DNA of 62,630 nucleotides, the filler included. It is 7 parts of 7 records of this genome, joined end to end, with 100 filler letters (N's around TTAATTAATTAA, not from the genome) between each part and the next. Parts side by side here need not be neighbours in the genome. Positions count along the whole stretch, not along the records: positions 13,723 to 23,487 come from SRR31156797_46812; positions 23,588 to 33,290 come from SRR31156797_46820; 5 more parts are not named here. One strand, 5' to 3'. The first letter of the stretch is position 1. Every line of letters begins with the position of its first letter. The notes beneath the pieces were generated by a model that searched no databases, was not told where the DNA came from, and saw nothing but the letters and a program-made list of their open reading frames with translations. The translations under genes and the position numbers were made by a program. Shown one piece after another: positions 19,041 to 28,027 of the stretch.

Positions 19041-20458
19041 CGAATAATTTCCGAATTCTGGTGGTGGATGATGAAGATTCCATGCGTAAACGGTGTGTCC
19101 GCCTTCTCTCCAGGCAGGGCTACCACGTGATCGGCGCCTCAAGCAGTCCGGCCGCATTGGATCTCATGCAAAAGGAAAGCGCATGGTTCGATCTATTGCT
19201 CGTGGATATCCGCATGCCCGGCATGGACGGCATTCAGTTGATGGAAAAGGTCAAGGCCCAACGGCAAACTGTCGAGGTCATCATCATGACCGGCTATGCA
19301 ACCGTGGAAACCGCGGTAAAGGCCATGAAAAAAGGCGCCTATGACTATCTTTCCAAACCCTTTGAAACGGATGAACTGCTCCACCTGGTGAAAAAAGTTG
19401 TTGAAAAACGGTCTTTGCAGCAGGAAATCAAGGAACTCAGGAACCAACTGAAGGACAGCCGTGAACATCCTCTGGTGTTCGGTAATTCCGAAGCCATGAA
19501 CCGGGTCATGCGGTTCATTGAAAAGGTGGCGCCCGTTGACTGCAACATATTGATCCACGGAGAAAGCGGCACGGGGAAGGGCTTGGCGGCCAAGGCCATT
19601 CACGCCCGCAGCAAGCGGGAAAATCAACCTTTTGTGGTGGCGGACTGTGCGGCCTTGGCCGGAAACATATTGGAAAGCGAACTTTTCGGGCATGTCAAGG
19701 GGGCTTTTACGGGCGCCCATGCGGACCGGGAGGGATACTTCCGAAAGGCCCACCAAGGCACGCTCTTTCTGGACGAAATCAGCGAAGTCCCCCTGGACCT
19801 GCAGGGGAAATTGCTCCGGGCCGTTCAGGATCAATCCGTGGTAAAGGTGGGCTCCGCGGAGGCATTGCGCGTTAACACGCGTATTATCGCCGCCACCAAT
19901 CGCAATTTAGAGGACCTGGTTGCACAAGGCCGGTTCAGGGAAGATCTGTTCTATCGGTTAAACGTGGCCGCATTGACCATGCCCCCATTAAGGGACCGAC
20001 GTGAGGACATCCCTTTGCTGGCAAGACACTTCCTGAAATGGTATACGGCCCGGCTCAACCTTGATCAAGTGGCTCTTCCGGACAAAATTCTGGACGTGAT
20101 GATGGCCCATAACTGGCCGGGCAATGTTCGTGAACTGGAAAATGCCGTGCAGCGCGCCCTTGTAATGGCGGATAACGGCGTCATTTCCGTTGAGGATTTA
20201 TTCCCATCCCGAGAAAGGAAAGATTCGGCCCCATTTAATCCTTCCGACCCCCCATACGGGAAAATGAGTTTTCAAGACATGAGACGGGAAGCCGTGCGCC
20301 ATTTCACCCAGCAATATCTGACCAGATGTCTCACCTTCCATAAGGGCAATATCACCAAGGCGGCAAAAGCCATGGGCATGCGCCGCACGTCCCTTCAAAG
20401 ACTCATCCGTCAAAGCGGCCTCAGCAGCCGGGACTTTAAGGGCCTCGGTAATAAATAA
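19037..20458 (+). CDS. Sigma-54-dependent response regulator (NtrC family)
   Basis: Receiver domain, GESGTGK, ESELFGHVKGAFTGA, LFLDEI, WPGNVRELEN, Fis-type HTH. Confidence 0.96.
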   Translation: MTNNFRILVVDDEDSMRKRCVRLLSRQGYHVIGASSSPAALDLMQKESAWFDLLLVDIRMPGMDGIQLMEKVKAQRQTVEVIIMTGYATVETAVKAMKKGAYDYLSKPFETDELLHLVKKVVEKRSLQQEIKELRNQLKDSREHPLVFGNSEAMNRVMRFIEKVAPVDCNILIHGESGTGKGLAAKAIHARSKRENQPFVVADCAALAGNILESELFGHVKGAFTGAHADREGYFRKAHQGTLFLDEISEVPLDLQGKLLRAVQDQSVVKVGSAEALRVNTRIIAATNRNLEDLVAQGRFREDLFYRLNVAALTMPPLRDRREDIPLLARHFLKWYTARLNLDQVALPDKILDVMMAHNWPGNVRELENAVQRALVMADNGVISVEDLFPSRERKDSAPFNPSDPPYGKMSFQDMRREAVRHFTQQYLTRCLTFHKGNITKAAKAMGMRRTSLQRLIRQSGLSSRDFKGLGNK

Positions 20459-20492
20459 TCGCCCGGGATTGCACCGAATGTGGGAAATGGGA

Positions 20493-21491
20493 TCATCCCT
20501 TCATGGCAATTTCTTCAAGGATGCGGCGATAAAACCTGTAACGGGTGAACGGAATGTTACTGCGGGGTCTGTCATCAAGGCAGGGAAGATAATGACCCTT
20601 TTCAAGCAGGCCCGGCACTGTTTCTTCCACAGCCTTTCGCACGGCCGTCTCATCCCGAGCCAGCGCCGTTGCGTCAATCCCCCCGATCAAAGCGACTTCG
20701 GCGCCAAATTGTCGGCGAAGTTTGGGATATTCCATGCGGGCACTTTGGATGTTACTGATCCAGAGGCCATTGATGCCGGCATCCATCAGAGAAGGCAGGA
20801 GACGCGTCAAGTCACCCCCCGTGGTACAGAGGATACGAAGCGGGATGTGATACTTCTCCAAGAGATTAATGACTTTCCGGTAGCCCGGTATGGCAAAACG
20901 CTTAAACATCTCAGGAGACACCAAGGATCCACTGTTGGACGCAATGGGTTCATAAAACGAGGCATAATCAACCGGCACCTTTGAAAGCACCCTCTCAAGG
21001 CAGACACAGTAAAAATCGATTGTTCTTTTAAGAAGGTCCTCCACCCTCTGCGGGCTTTCAACAAGCGCAAGGCAGGCAGAGAGCAGAGAGTCCCAATCTC
21101 CCACACCCAGCATCTGCAGAAGACCGCCACCCGACGCATCCACATAAAGGACCCGGCCTTCCTGATGAAGACGTTCGCTTCTCTCAGCAAAGCCCGTTGC
21201 ATAACGGGATCGTTGGTCAGGGTTGTAATGTCGTTTGAAAGAGGACGGGTCGTGGAGGAGATCCGACGCTTTTTGGAAAAAGGGGTAACTGCGGAGCATT
21301 AATCCCACGGAATGGTGCGTTTCCAGATTGAAAAACGTTCTAAAAGACTCCCGACGCGGCATTCCCTCCTTGACCCATCGCTTGAGGGTTTCTTCGTCGG
21401 GCTCAAGGTCGAAAAACGGAAACCGGTCGCCGCCACTGCCCGAAAGGGTTGCTAAAAACCGCTGTCTTTGGCTCATTTCATCCACGATCAT
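20493..21491 (-). CDS. URO-D/methyltransferase superfamily protein, divergent
   Basis: MSQRQRFLA, EPIASNSGSLVSPEMFKRF..PGY, LRRQFG..LIGGID, HYLPCLD. Confidence 0.75.
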   Translation of the reverse strand: MIVDEMSQRQRFLATLSGSGGDRFPFFDLEPDEETLKRWVKEGMPRRESFRTFFNLETHHSVGLMLRSYPFFQKASDLLHDPSSFKRHYNPDQRSRYATGFAERSERLHQEGRVLYVDASGGGLLQMLGVGDWDSLLSACLALVESPQRVEDLLKRTIDFYCVCLERVLSKVPVDYASFYEPIASNSGSLVSPEMFKRFAIPGYRKVINLLEKYHIPLRILCTTGGDLTRLLPSLMDAGINGLWISNIQSARMEYPKLRRQFGAEVALIGGIDATALARDETAVRKAVEETVPGLLEKGHYLPCLDDRPRSNIPFTRYRFYRRILEEIAMKG

Positions 21492-21629
21492 CCCCTGTCA
21501 TTTCTCAAAGATTTGAGGTGCTGCAACGCATGGGGTATCAGGCTAAAAAGTCCAGCAAGGCGTTGTTGAAACGCCCAACGGAACCTTCGCCAAAAAAAAC
21601 CCATCTTTGACGAAATCTTTTCATTTTTC

Positions 21630-21643
21630 TTGATTTAGGTCAA
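21630..21643. promoter_or_regulatory. FNR/Crp-family box upstream of a small Cys-rich gene
   Basis: TTGATTTAGGTCAA about 60 nt upstream of ATG 21706. Confidence 0.55.
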
Positions 21644-21705
21644 TTCATTTAACTTCCTTCCGGGTTAATGATGACACAAAATCAGGAAAAATGGAGGAAT
21701 ACATC

Positions 21706-21948
21706 ATGTATGACGCCTGTAGCCAAACATTTCAATCCGGGAAACAAATTGTGGATAAAATCAGGACCATGGGTTTTAACGTCAACCCCCTTGGCAAGGA
21801 ACTTGAGATTAAATGTACAAATTGTGACACGGTATTTCAAATGGCAACCATGGAATCACAATGCCCGTCCTGTAAAATGGTATATGGGGTAACACCCTGC
21901 CATTCCCATAGTGCGCAGTTTGTTAAAGCTGCCGGCGTAAATTACTAA
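21706..21948 (+). CDS. Small Cys/His-rich zinc-ribbon-like protein
   Basis: GGAGG RBS; MYDAC..KCTNC..QCPSC..GVTPCHSH. Confidence 0.8.
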   Translation: MYDACSQTFQSGKQIVDKIRTMGFNVNPLGKELEIKCTNCDTVFQMATMESQCPSCKMVYGVTPCHSHSAQFVKAAGVNY

Positions 21949-21983
21949 TGACAGACACGCGTACGGTGACTTTTGGAAGTATG

Positions 21984-23231
21984 CTATTTATTCATCATCG
22001 CTTCGATCAGCTCTATGGCTCGGGTAATGCCGTCTTCTTGTGCAATCTTCCGCGCAATCTCTCCAGCCCGTTCTCGGTAGGACGTCTTCCGGGTTAAATC
22101 TTCCAGTCCCCGTGCAAATCCGGCTGCTTTTATTCTCTTTAGAGACTGAGGTTTGGGCCCACACCCAAGAGAGCAGATACGGCGGCCCCAGTAAGGTTGA
22201 TCAAAGGCAGAGTGACAAATGAGCGTCGGGAGTCCGGCACGCAAACCTGCCGCCGTGGTACCCGCCCCGCCATGGTGGACAACAGCGCTGACGTACTCAA
22301 ACAGGGCATCATGCGGGGCGCCTTTGATCGCAAACATCGTCTCAGGCAGTTCCACCTCCTTTAATCCACCCCATCCAATGGCAAGTATCGCCCGAACATT
22401 TGCACGACGCGCCCCTTCAATTATTTCTTTGGTAAGCTTTTTAGGGTCCCATGACGGCATGGAACCAAAACCAATGTATATGGGTTTGTCTCCTGTCTTG
22501 AGAAACGCTGTGAGTGCAGCATCAGGCTGCCAATCCGTCCCTTCCTCCAAGAACCAGTAACCGGTTGTCTGAATGTTTTCCTCGGGATCATTTGGATATG
22601 GAATCAGAGCTGGTGAGGCCATACAAAGCTGTATGAAAGGACCCCCTTTTACACTGTTGATCGGCATGGAGGCGGGACTTTTTCCAAGCCCCAGTGTTTC
22701 TTTACGCCAACGGTTTATCATTTTAAAAAAAATCAACCGGGAAAAGATAAATGGCATGTACGAAATCCGGTTGAGCCTTGGCCCGAAATTACCCTTAAAT
22801 ACAAAAAACGGAAACGCTTTTGTCGGGAAGATCGGAAATGGCGCAGTACTGACGAGCGCTGCGCCTGTGGCCTCGGCAACATCGATAGCGCATGCAACTT
22901 TGGGATGATAAACGATTACGTCAGCGTCACGGGCCGACTTCCATGTGGCATCCAGGGTCCCGCGCATTAACGGGATGATGGTCTTCCGCCAGATCTTAAT
23001 TAACGTGAACGGATTGCCGGATAAAACCTCTCTTCCCTCGGGTGACTGCAGAAAAGCCTGCATATCAACACCAATAGAGCGAAACTCCAGCCCATGCCCC
23101 TCGACCCATGATGCGAAGTTGTCCGGGCACGCCAGCAAAACATCATGACCTCGAGTCCGAAGCGCCTTACCCAAAGCGATATAAGGTTGGACATCCCCTC
23201 TTGTCCCACTGGTAAGAATTGCAATCTTCAT
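21984..23231 (-). CDS. GT1/GT28-type glycosyltransferase (sterol glucosyltransferase-like), probable gene cassette
   Basis: GTRGDVQPYIALG, IYIGFGSM, VVHHGGAGTTAAGLRAG.P, DQPYWG. Confidence 0.93.
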   Translation of the reverse strand: MKIAILTSGTRGDVQPYIALGKALRTRGHDVLLACPDNFASWVEGHGLEFRSIGVDMQAFLQSPEGREVLSGNPFTLIKIWRKTIIPLMRGTLDATWKSARDADVIVYHPKVACAIDVAEATGAALVSTAPFPIFPTKAFPFFVFKGNFGPRLNRISYMPFIFSRLIFFKMINRWRKETLGLGKSPASMPINSVKGGPFIQLCMASPALIPYPNDPEENIQTTGYWFLEEGTDWQPDAALTAFLKTGDKPIYIGFGSMPSWDPKKLTKEIIEGARRANVRAILAIGWGGLKEVELPETMFAIKGAPHDALFEYVSAVVHHGGAGTTAAGLRAGLPTLICHSAFDQPYWGRRICSLGCGPKPQSLKRIKAAGFARGLEDLTRKTSYRERAGEIARKIAQEDGITRAIELIEAMMNK

Positions 23232-23257
23232 TTCGGTTTTTGCTTCACAGATTATTT

Positions 23258-23332
23258 GTATAACGCTTGGCTAACCCGCCACGCCCAGAGCGAGGAACGA
23301 GCGGCGGGTGTGGTCGGTGTTCAGCCACTTGT
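23258..23332 (-). mobile_element. attC: Integron attC site (R'' interrupted)
   Basis: Minus strand reads ..ACAAGT GGCTGAAC (L'') ... GTTAGCC (L') AAGC GTTATAC (R'). Extra G in L'', paired central stem, and R' lies 26 nt upstream of the GT start codon. Confidence 0.85.
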
Positions 23333-23413
23333 GTACGCCCGGCACGGGCGTGAACTCATGGGGTGTAAGTCCCCTGTGTGTGAATCCGGTTAATGAGTTT
23401 AAATCATTAGCCC
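23333..23413 (+). mobile_element. Group IIC(-attC) intron 5' fragment
   Basis: After TTGT| the sequence begins GTACGCCCGGCACGGGCGTGAACTCATGGGGTGTAAGTCCCC, matching class C intron 5' ends. Right end is approximate. Confidence 0.75.
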
Positions 23414-23456
23414 AAATACTAGTACTCTGTCATAACTGTAATGTCGTAAAGGTGCC

Positions 23457-23484
23457 GTCATTCCGGGCTTGACCCGGAATCCAG
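23457..23484. repeat. REP-like palindromic element
   Basis: GTCATTCCGGGCTTGACCCGGAATCCAG, hairpin ATTCCGGG/CCCGGAAT, at the contig end. Confidence 0.7.
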
Positions 23485-23487
23485 AAT

Positions 23488-23587
23488 NNNNNNNNNNNNN
23501 NNNNNNNNNNNNNNNNNNNNNNNNNNNNNNNTTAATTAATTAANNNNNNNNNNNNNNNNNNNNNNNNNNNNNNNNNNNNNNNNNNNN
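23488..23587. other. Artificial contig spacer
   Basis: N/TTAATTAATTAA/N. Confidence 0.99.
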
Positions 23588-23938
23588 GCCCTGATCATGA
23601 TGGTGATGGAAAAAACCCGGGACATCGCCGTGTTCAAGGCCATGGGCGCCACAGACGCCCTGGTGCGGAAGATTTTTATCGCCCAGGGTATGATCATCGG
23701 GCTTCTGGGGACTTCCCTGGGAACGGTCTCCGGCGTTGGCGTCTGTATGCTGCTTCAGAAATACAGGTTCATTGAACTGCCCCCGGCCTATCCCTTTTCG
23801 ACCATTCCCGTTCAGCTGGAATCCATGGATGTCCTGTTCATTGTGGTTTCCGCCATCCTGATCTGCTTTGTGTCGACCATTTATCCTTCTTACAAAGCAT
23901 CCAAAATGGATCCGGTGGAGGCCCTGCGTTATGGATAG
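23588..23938 (+). CDS. lolE: Lipoprotein-releasing ABC permease LolC/E, 3' fragment
   Basis: MVMEKTRDIAVFKAMGA...[19 protein letters not shown]. Confidence 0.9.
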   Translation, partial: ALIMMVMEKTRDIAVFKAMGATDALVRKIFIAQGMIIGLLGTSLGTVSGVGVCMLLQKYRFIELPPAYPFSTIPVQLESMDVLFIVVSAILICFVSTIYPSYKASKMDPVEALRYG

Positions 23939-24620
23939 AGACCCATTGACCCTGCTGGCCCTTGAGGGGATCTCCAAGGGATATAATACCACCCAGGCCA
24001 GGATCGATATCCTGAAACAGGTGGATTACACCATCTTCAAAGGGGATTCCATTGCCGTGGTGGGCGCTTCCGGTATCGGCAAATCGACCCTGCTTCAGAT
24101 CATCGGGACCCTTGACCGGCCCGACGAGGGCCGTTTGCTTTTTGAGGGCAGGGATCTTTTCGCCCTTGACCGGGAACGGCTTGCAAGGTTCAGGAACCGG
24201 TCCGTGGGATTCGTGTTTCAGTTCCACCACCTGCTCCAGGGATTCACTGCCATGGAAAACGTGATGATGCCCTGCCTGATCAGCAAGATGCCAAAACAGG
24301 AAGCAGAGAAACGGGCCGAAGCAATGCTTGCCCGGGTGGGCCTCCGGGAACGCCTTTTTCACCGGGCCGAGGATATGTCCGGCGGCGAGCAGCAGCGGGT
24401 CGCCCTTGCAAGGGCCCTTGTGCTGGAGCCGCTTTTGCTCCTGGCCGACGAACCCACCGGTAACCTGGATATAAAAAATTCCGAGGAGATTCATCAGCTG
24501 CTGATGGAGTTGAACAAGGAGCTTGGCATGACGGTCATTGTCGTAACCCACAACAACGACCTTGCAAACTTGATGAATCAGAGAGTGACCCTTAAAAATA
24601 GTGGAATAGTGCCGTTGTAA
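23931..24620 (+). CDS. lolD: Lipoprotein-releasing ABC ATPase LolD
   Basis: [40 protein letters not shown]. Confidence 0.92.
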   Translation: MDRDPLTLLALEGISKGYNTTQARIDILKQVDYTIFKGDSIAVVGASGIGKSTLLQIIGTLDRPDEGRLLFEGRDLFALDRERLARFRNRSVGFVFQFHHLLQGFTAMENVMMPCLISKMPKQEAEKRAEAMLARVGLRERLFHRAEDMSGGEQQRVALARALVLEPLLLLADEPTGNLDIKNSEEIHQLLMELNKELGMTVIVVTHNNDLANLMNQRVTLKNSGIVPL

Positions 24621-27298
24621 TGAAAATTAAACCATCCAACCTAATCGAGACCTGTAAAATGAACCATGCTGATCTCAAGAAAGCATCCTTCCTAGCGATG
24701 CTTCTCATTCTATTTTGTTGTGTCAACGTTTCCGCCGAAGACAAGGTAACGGTGGGAATCCTTCCCTTTTCCGTCCATGCGGACCAGGGGATAAACCAGC
24801 TTGATAAAAGCCTGGCCAAGATGATGTCTGATAATTTCCAAAAGGACGGGGCCGCAACCGTGGTACTGGGCGAGGCGCCGGCTGGGACAGGTCTTGGATA
24901 TCAGAAGATCCGGGAGATCGGCATTCGGTACGGGGTGGATTACCTGGTGTGGGGCTCCCTGTTCATGGCCGGTGGACGATTGAGCATCGATGCCAAGATG
25001 GGAGCCACCTTTGACGCCAAGTCACCGGATTCTTTTTTTGCCGAAGCCAAGGGCGTTGAAAACCTGTACTCGGCCGTAAACAGTTTATCCCGTGAGATGG
25101 CCAGCGTCATCTTCCAGAAAAAATTCATCACCGGGGTCAGGCTCGAGGGAAACAGGCGGATCGAATCCGATGCCGTGCTCAGGATCCTCAATGTCAAACC
25201 CGGTGATATCTTTAACCCCGCCAAATTGTCGGATGATCTTAAGAAGATCTATAAAATGGGCTATTTCGATGATGTTCGGGTGGAGAGCAACCAGCAGGAA
25301 AAAGGGGTGGAACTTGTTTTCACCGTGGTTGAAAAACCCAGCGTGAGACGGGTGAAGGTCACGGGAAACCATGTCTATGAAGCCACCGAGATCACCGAAG
25401 TGATCCGGACAAGCACCGGCGCCATCCTGAATATTTTCAAGCTGGATGCCGATGTGGCCAGGATCAAGGCCATGTACACGGAAAAAAATTATCACAACTG
25501 CGTCATCCGCTATGAAATATCGCCCCTTGACAACAACCAGGCCGACATCCGGTTCGTTATCGAAGAGGGGAACAAGCTCAGGATCGAAAAACTCGAGTTC
25601 GAGGGCAACCAGTACTTTTCCGACAAACAGATCCAAAAGGTGATGAAGACGAAAAAGAAGGGCTGGTTCTACTGGCTCACCTCGTCCGGAGACCTTGACC
25701 GGAACGAACTTGAACAGGATGTGTTCAGGATCGAATCCCATTACAAGGACCAGGGATTTGTGGATGCCAGGGTCTCGGATCCGGAGATTGAACTTGGAAA
25801 GGAGAGCATCTCCGTCCGGTTCAAGATAGATGAAGGACTCCAGTACAGCATCGGAACCATCGAATTCAAGGGAGATATCATCGTTCCCGTCGAGAACCTG
25901 GAGCAGACCATCAAATCTTCCTCCTCCGAGCTTTACTCAAGGCAGCAGCTGAGAAGCGATGTGATCTCCCTTACCGACATCTACTCGGACAAGGGGTTTG
26001 CAAACGCGGATATCTCGCCGTCCATCACCCGGGACATTGAGAAAAAGCTTGTGAATATCACCTTTAACATTGAAAAAGGATCCCCGGTATATTTTGAACG
26101 AATCATCATTAGCGGCAATTCAAAGACCCGGGACAAGGTAATCCGGAGACAGCTCAAGATTTATGAGCAGGAGCTCTACTCCATGTCCAAGCTCCAGGCG
26201 AGCGTGAAAAACCTGAGAAGGATCGATTATTTTGAAAACGTGGAGGTCAACACCTCCAAGGGAAGCCAGGACGACCGGCTCAACGTTCACATCGGCATCT
26301 CTGAAAAGGCCACCGGCGCCTTCAGCTTTGGCGGCGGCTATTCCAGTGAAGACTCCATCTTCGGAATGGTTTCCATTACCGAGCGGAACCTCTTTGGCAA
26401 GGGCCAGATCCTCACGTTGAAGGCGGAGATTTCCGGGAACTCCAACAAATACACCTTGAGTTTCACAGAGCCCTGGCTCTTTGATATCCCCCTGAGCGCG
26501 GGTTTTGACGTGTACAACTGGGACAAGGAGTATGACTACTATGACAAGGAAAGCCGGGGCGCGGCCCTCAGGCTCGGGTACATGATCTTTGATTTCACCA
26601 GCATCGGCGTTAAATACGGATTTGAAGATTTTGATATCACCAATGTCCAGGATGAGTATACCTCGGTTGATGAGGGCCACTACGTGACAAGCAGTCTCAC
26701 CACTACCTTGAAGTACGATTCCCGGAACAAACGCTTCAACGCCACCAAGGGAATGCTGCACAGCCTGTCGGTGGAGTATGCCGGCGGTCCCCTGGGGGGC
26801 GAGATTGATTTCACCAAGTACGTTGCGGAATCGGGCATTCACTTTCCTATCTTCTGGAAGATCACCGGGATGATCCACGGCAAGACCGGATACCTGGACG
26901 ACAGTTCAGACCATGATATCGATATTGACTATGAGAAGTTCTACCTTGGCGGCATCAATTCCGTCCGGGGATATGACTGGCAGGATATCAATGCCGGAAA
27001 GAACGACGAGAACAAGATCCGGGGCGGAGAAAAGTTTGTCCAGTTCAACGCGGAGCTGAACTTTCCCCTGCTGGACGATGTGGGCCTTGCCGGCGTGGTG
27101 TTCTATGACGCCGGTGATGTGTTTGCAAAGGACGAAGATTATGCCGTGGATGACCTGTATTCAAGTTATGGCGCCGGCATCCGCTGGTATTCGCCCATGG
27201 GGCCCATCCGGATCGAGTACGGCATCACCCTGGATGATACGGAAGAATCCTCGGCAGGCGACAGCCGGTGGGAGTTTTCCATGGGCAGCTCTTTTTAG
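24620..27298 (+). CDS. bamA: Outer membrane protein assembly factor BamA with an extra N-terminal domain
   Basis: POTRA repeats (GNRRIE, GNSKTRDKVIRR), ERNLFGKGQ, VRGY motif, C-terminal F. Confidence 0.97.
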   Translation: MKIKPSNLIETCKMNHADLKKASFLAMLLILFCCVNVSAEDKVTVGILPFSVHADQGINQLDKSLAKMMSDNFQKDGAATVVLGEAPAGTGLGYQKIREIGIRYGVDYLVWGSLFMAGGRLSIDAKMGATFDAKSPDSFFAEAKGVENLYSAVNSLSREMASVIFQKKFITGVRLEGNRRIESDAVLRILNVKPGDIFNPAKLSDDLKKIYKMGYFDDVRVESNQQEKGVELVFTVVEKPSVRRVKVTGNHVYEATEITEVIRTSTGAILNIFKLDADVARIKAMYTEKNYHNCVIRYEISPLDNNQADIRFVIEEGNKLRIEKLEFEGNQYFSDKQIQKVMKTKKKGWFYWLTSSGDLDRNELEQDVFRIESHYKDQGFVDARVSDPEIELGKESISVRFKIDEGLQYSIGTIEFKGDIIVPVENLEQTIKSSSSELYSRQQLRSDVISLTDIYSDKGFANADISPSITRDIEKKLVNITFNIEKGSPVYFERIIISGNSKTRDKVIRRQLKIYEQELYSMSKLQASVKNLRRIDYFENVEVNTSKGSQDDRLNVHIGISEKATGAFSFGGGYSSEDSIFGMVSITERNLFGKGQILTLKAEISGNSNKYTLSFTEPWLFDIPLSAGFDVYNWDKEYDYYDKESRGAALRLGYMIFDFTSIGVKYGFEDFDITNVQDEYTSVDEGHYVTSSLTTTLKYDSRNKRFNATKGMLHSLSVEYAGGPLGGEIDFTKYVAESGIHFPIFWKITGMIHGKTGYLDDSSDHDIDIDYEKFYLGGINSVRGYDWQDINAGKNDENKIRGGEKFVQFNAELNFPLLDDVGLAGVVFYDAGDVFAKDEDYAVDDLYSSYGAGIRWYSPMGPIRIEYGITLDDTEESSAGDSRWEFSMGSSF

Positions 27299-27341
27299 CG
27301 ATTGACCGGGCAATATGCCCTCAACAAAATTATAATAAACC

Positions 27342-27452
27342 GTGGTCGGGCTCAGCGTATTGTTGATTGAGCCTTGAAACCGGGGTCCGGCTTAGCTTAT
27401 TGTTGATTAAGCCGGACCTCCTAAGGATTTTCAATAAGCTAAGCCTGACCCC
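27342..27452. repeat. Cluster of short palindromic REP-like units
   Basis: GGGGTCCGGCTTAGCTTATTGTTGATTAAGCCGGACCTC, a degenerate upstream copy, and an inverted half CAATAAGCTAAGCCTGACCCC. Confidence 0.7.
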
Positions 27453-27479
27453 TAAGGAATTACCTATCAGGAGGATACA

Positions 27480-28016
27480 ATGAAAGCATTGAATCGGATG
27501 GCGCTGACAACAGCAGCTCTCTTTATCTTCGGGACAGCAACGGCTGTCGCGGCGGATCTGCCAAAGATCGGAATTGTCAATTTCCAGAAGGTTCTCGCCA
27601 CTTCGAGCCCGGGCAAGATGGCCAAGACCGAGATAAACAAGAAGGGAAAAGAGTTGGAAGAGAGCCTCAAGGCGAAAGGGCTTGAACTTGAGGAGCTGAA
27701 AAAGACCATCGAGCGTGAGGCCCTGGTGATGAGCGCGGAGAAGCGCCAGGAAAAAGAGCGTGAGTTCAGGATCAAGGTCAATGATTTCAAGACCATGCAG
27801 GCAAAATACAAGGAAGACTTCAAGAACATGGAAGCCCGGCTTGTGTCAAAGATCAACCGGGATGTCCTGGAGCTTGCCCAAAAATTGGGGAAGGATAAAG
27901 GCTATGCGCTCATCCTGGAGCGAAATGCCGCCGGTGTCATGTATTTTGCTGAATCAATGGATATCACCGACGAGCTGATCACCGAGTTCAACAAGAGTTC
28001 CGTAAAGGCAAAATAG
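27480..28016 (+). CDS. skp: OmpH/Skp periplasmic chaperone
   Basis: Signal peptide, KIGIVNFQKVL, coiled coil, DITDELI. Confidence 0.93.
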   Translation: MKALNRMALTTAALFIFGTATAVAADLPKIGIVNFQKVLATSSPGKMAKTEINKKGKELEESLKAKGLELEELKKTIEREALVMSAEKRQEKEREFRIKVNDFKTMQAKYKEDFKNMEARLVSKINRDVLELAQKLGKDKGYALILERNAAGVMYFAESMDITDELITEFNKSSVKAK

Positions 28017-28027
28017 CAGACTGATCC

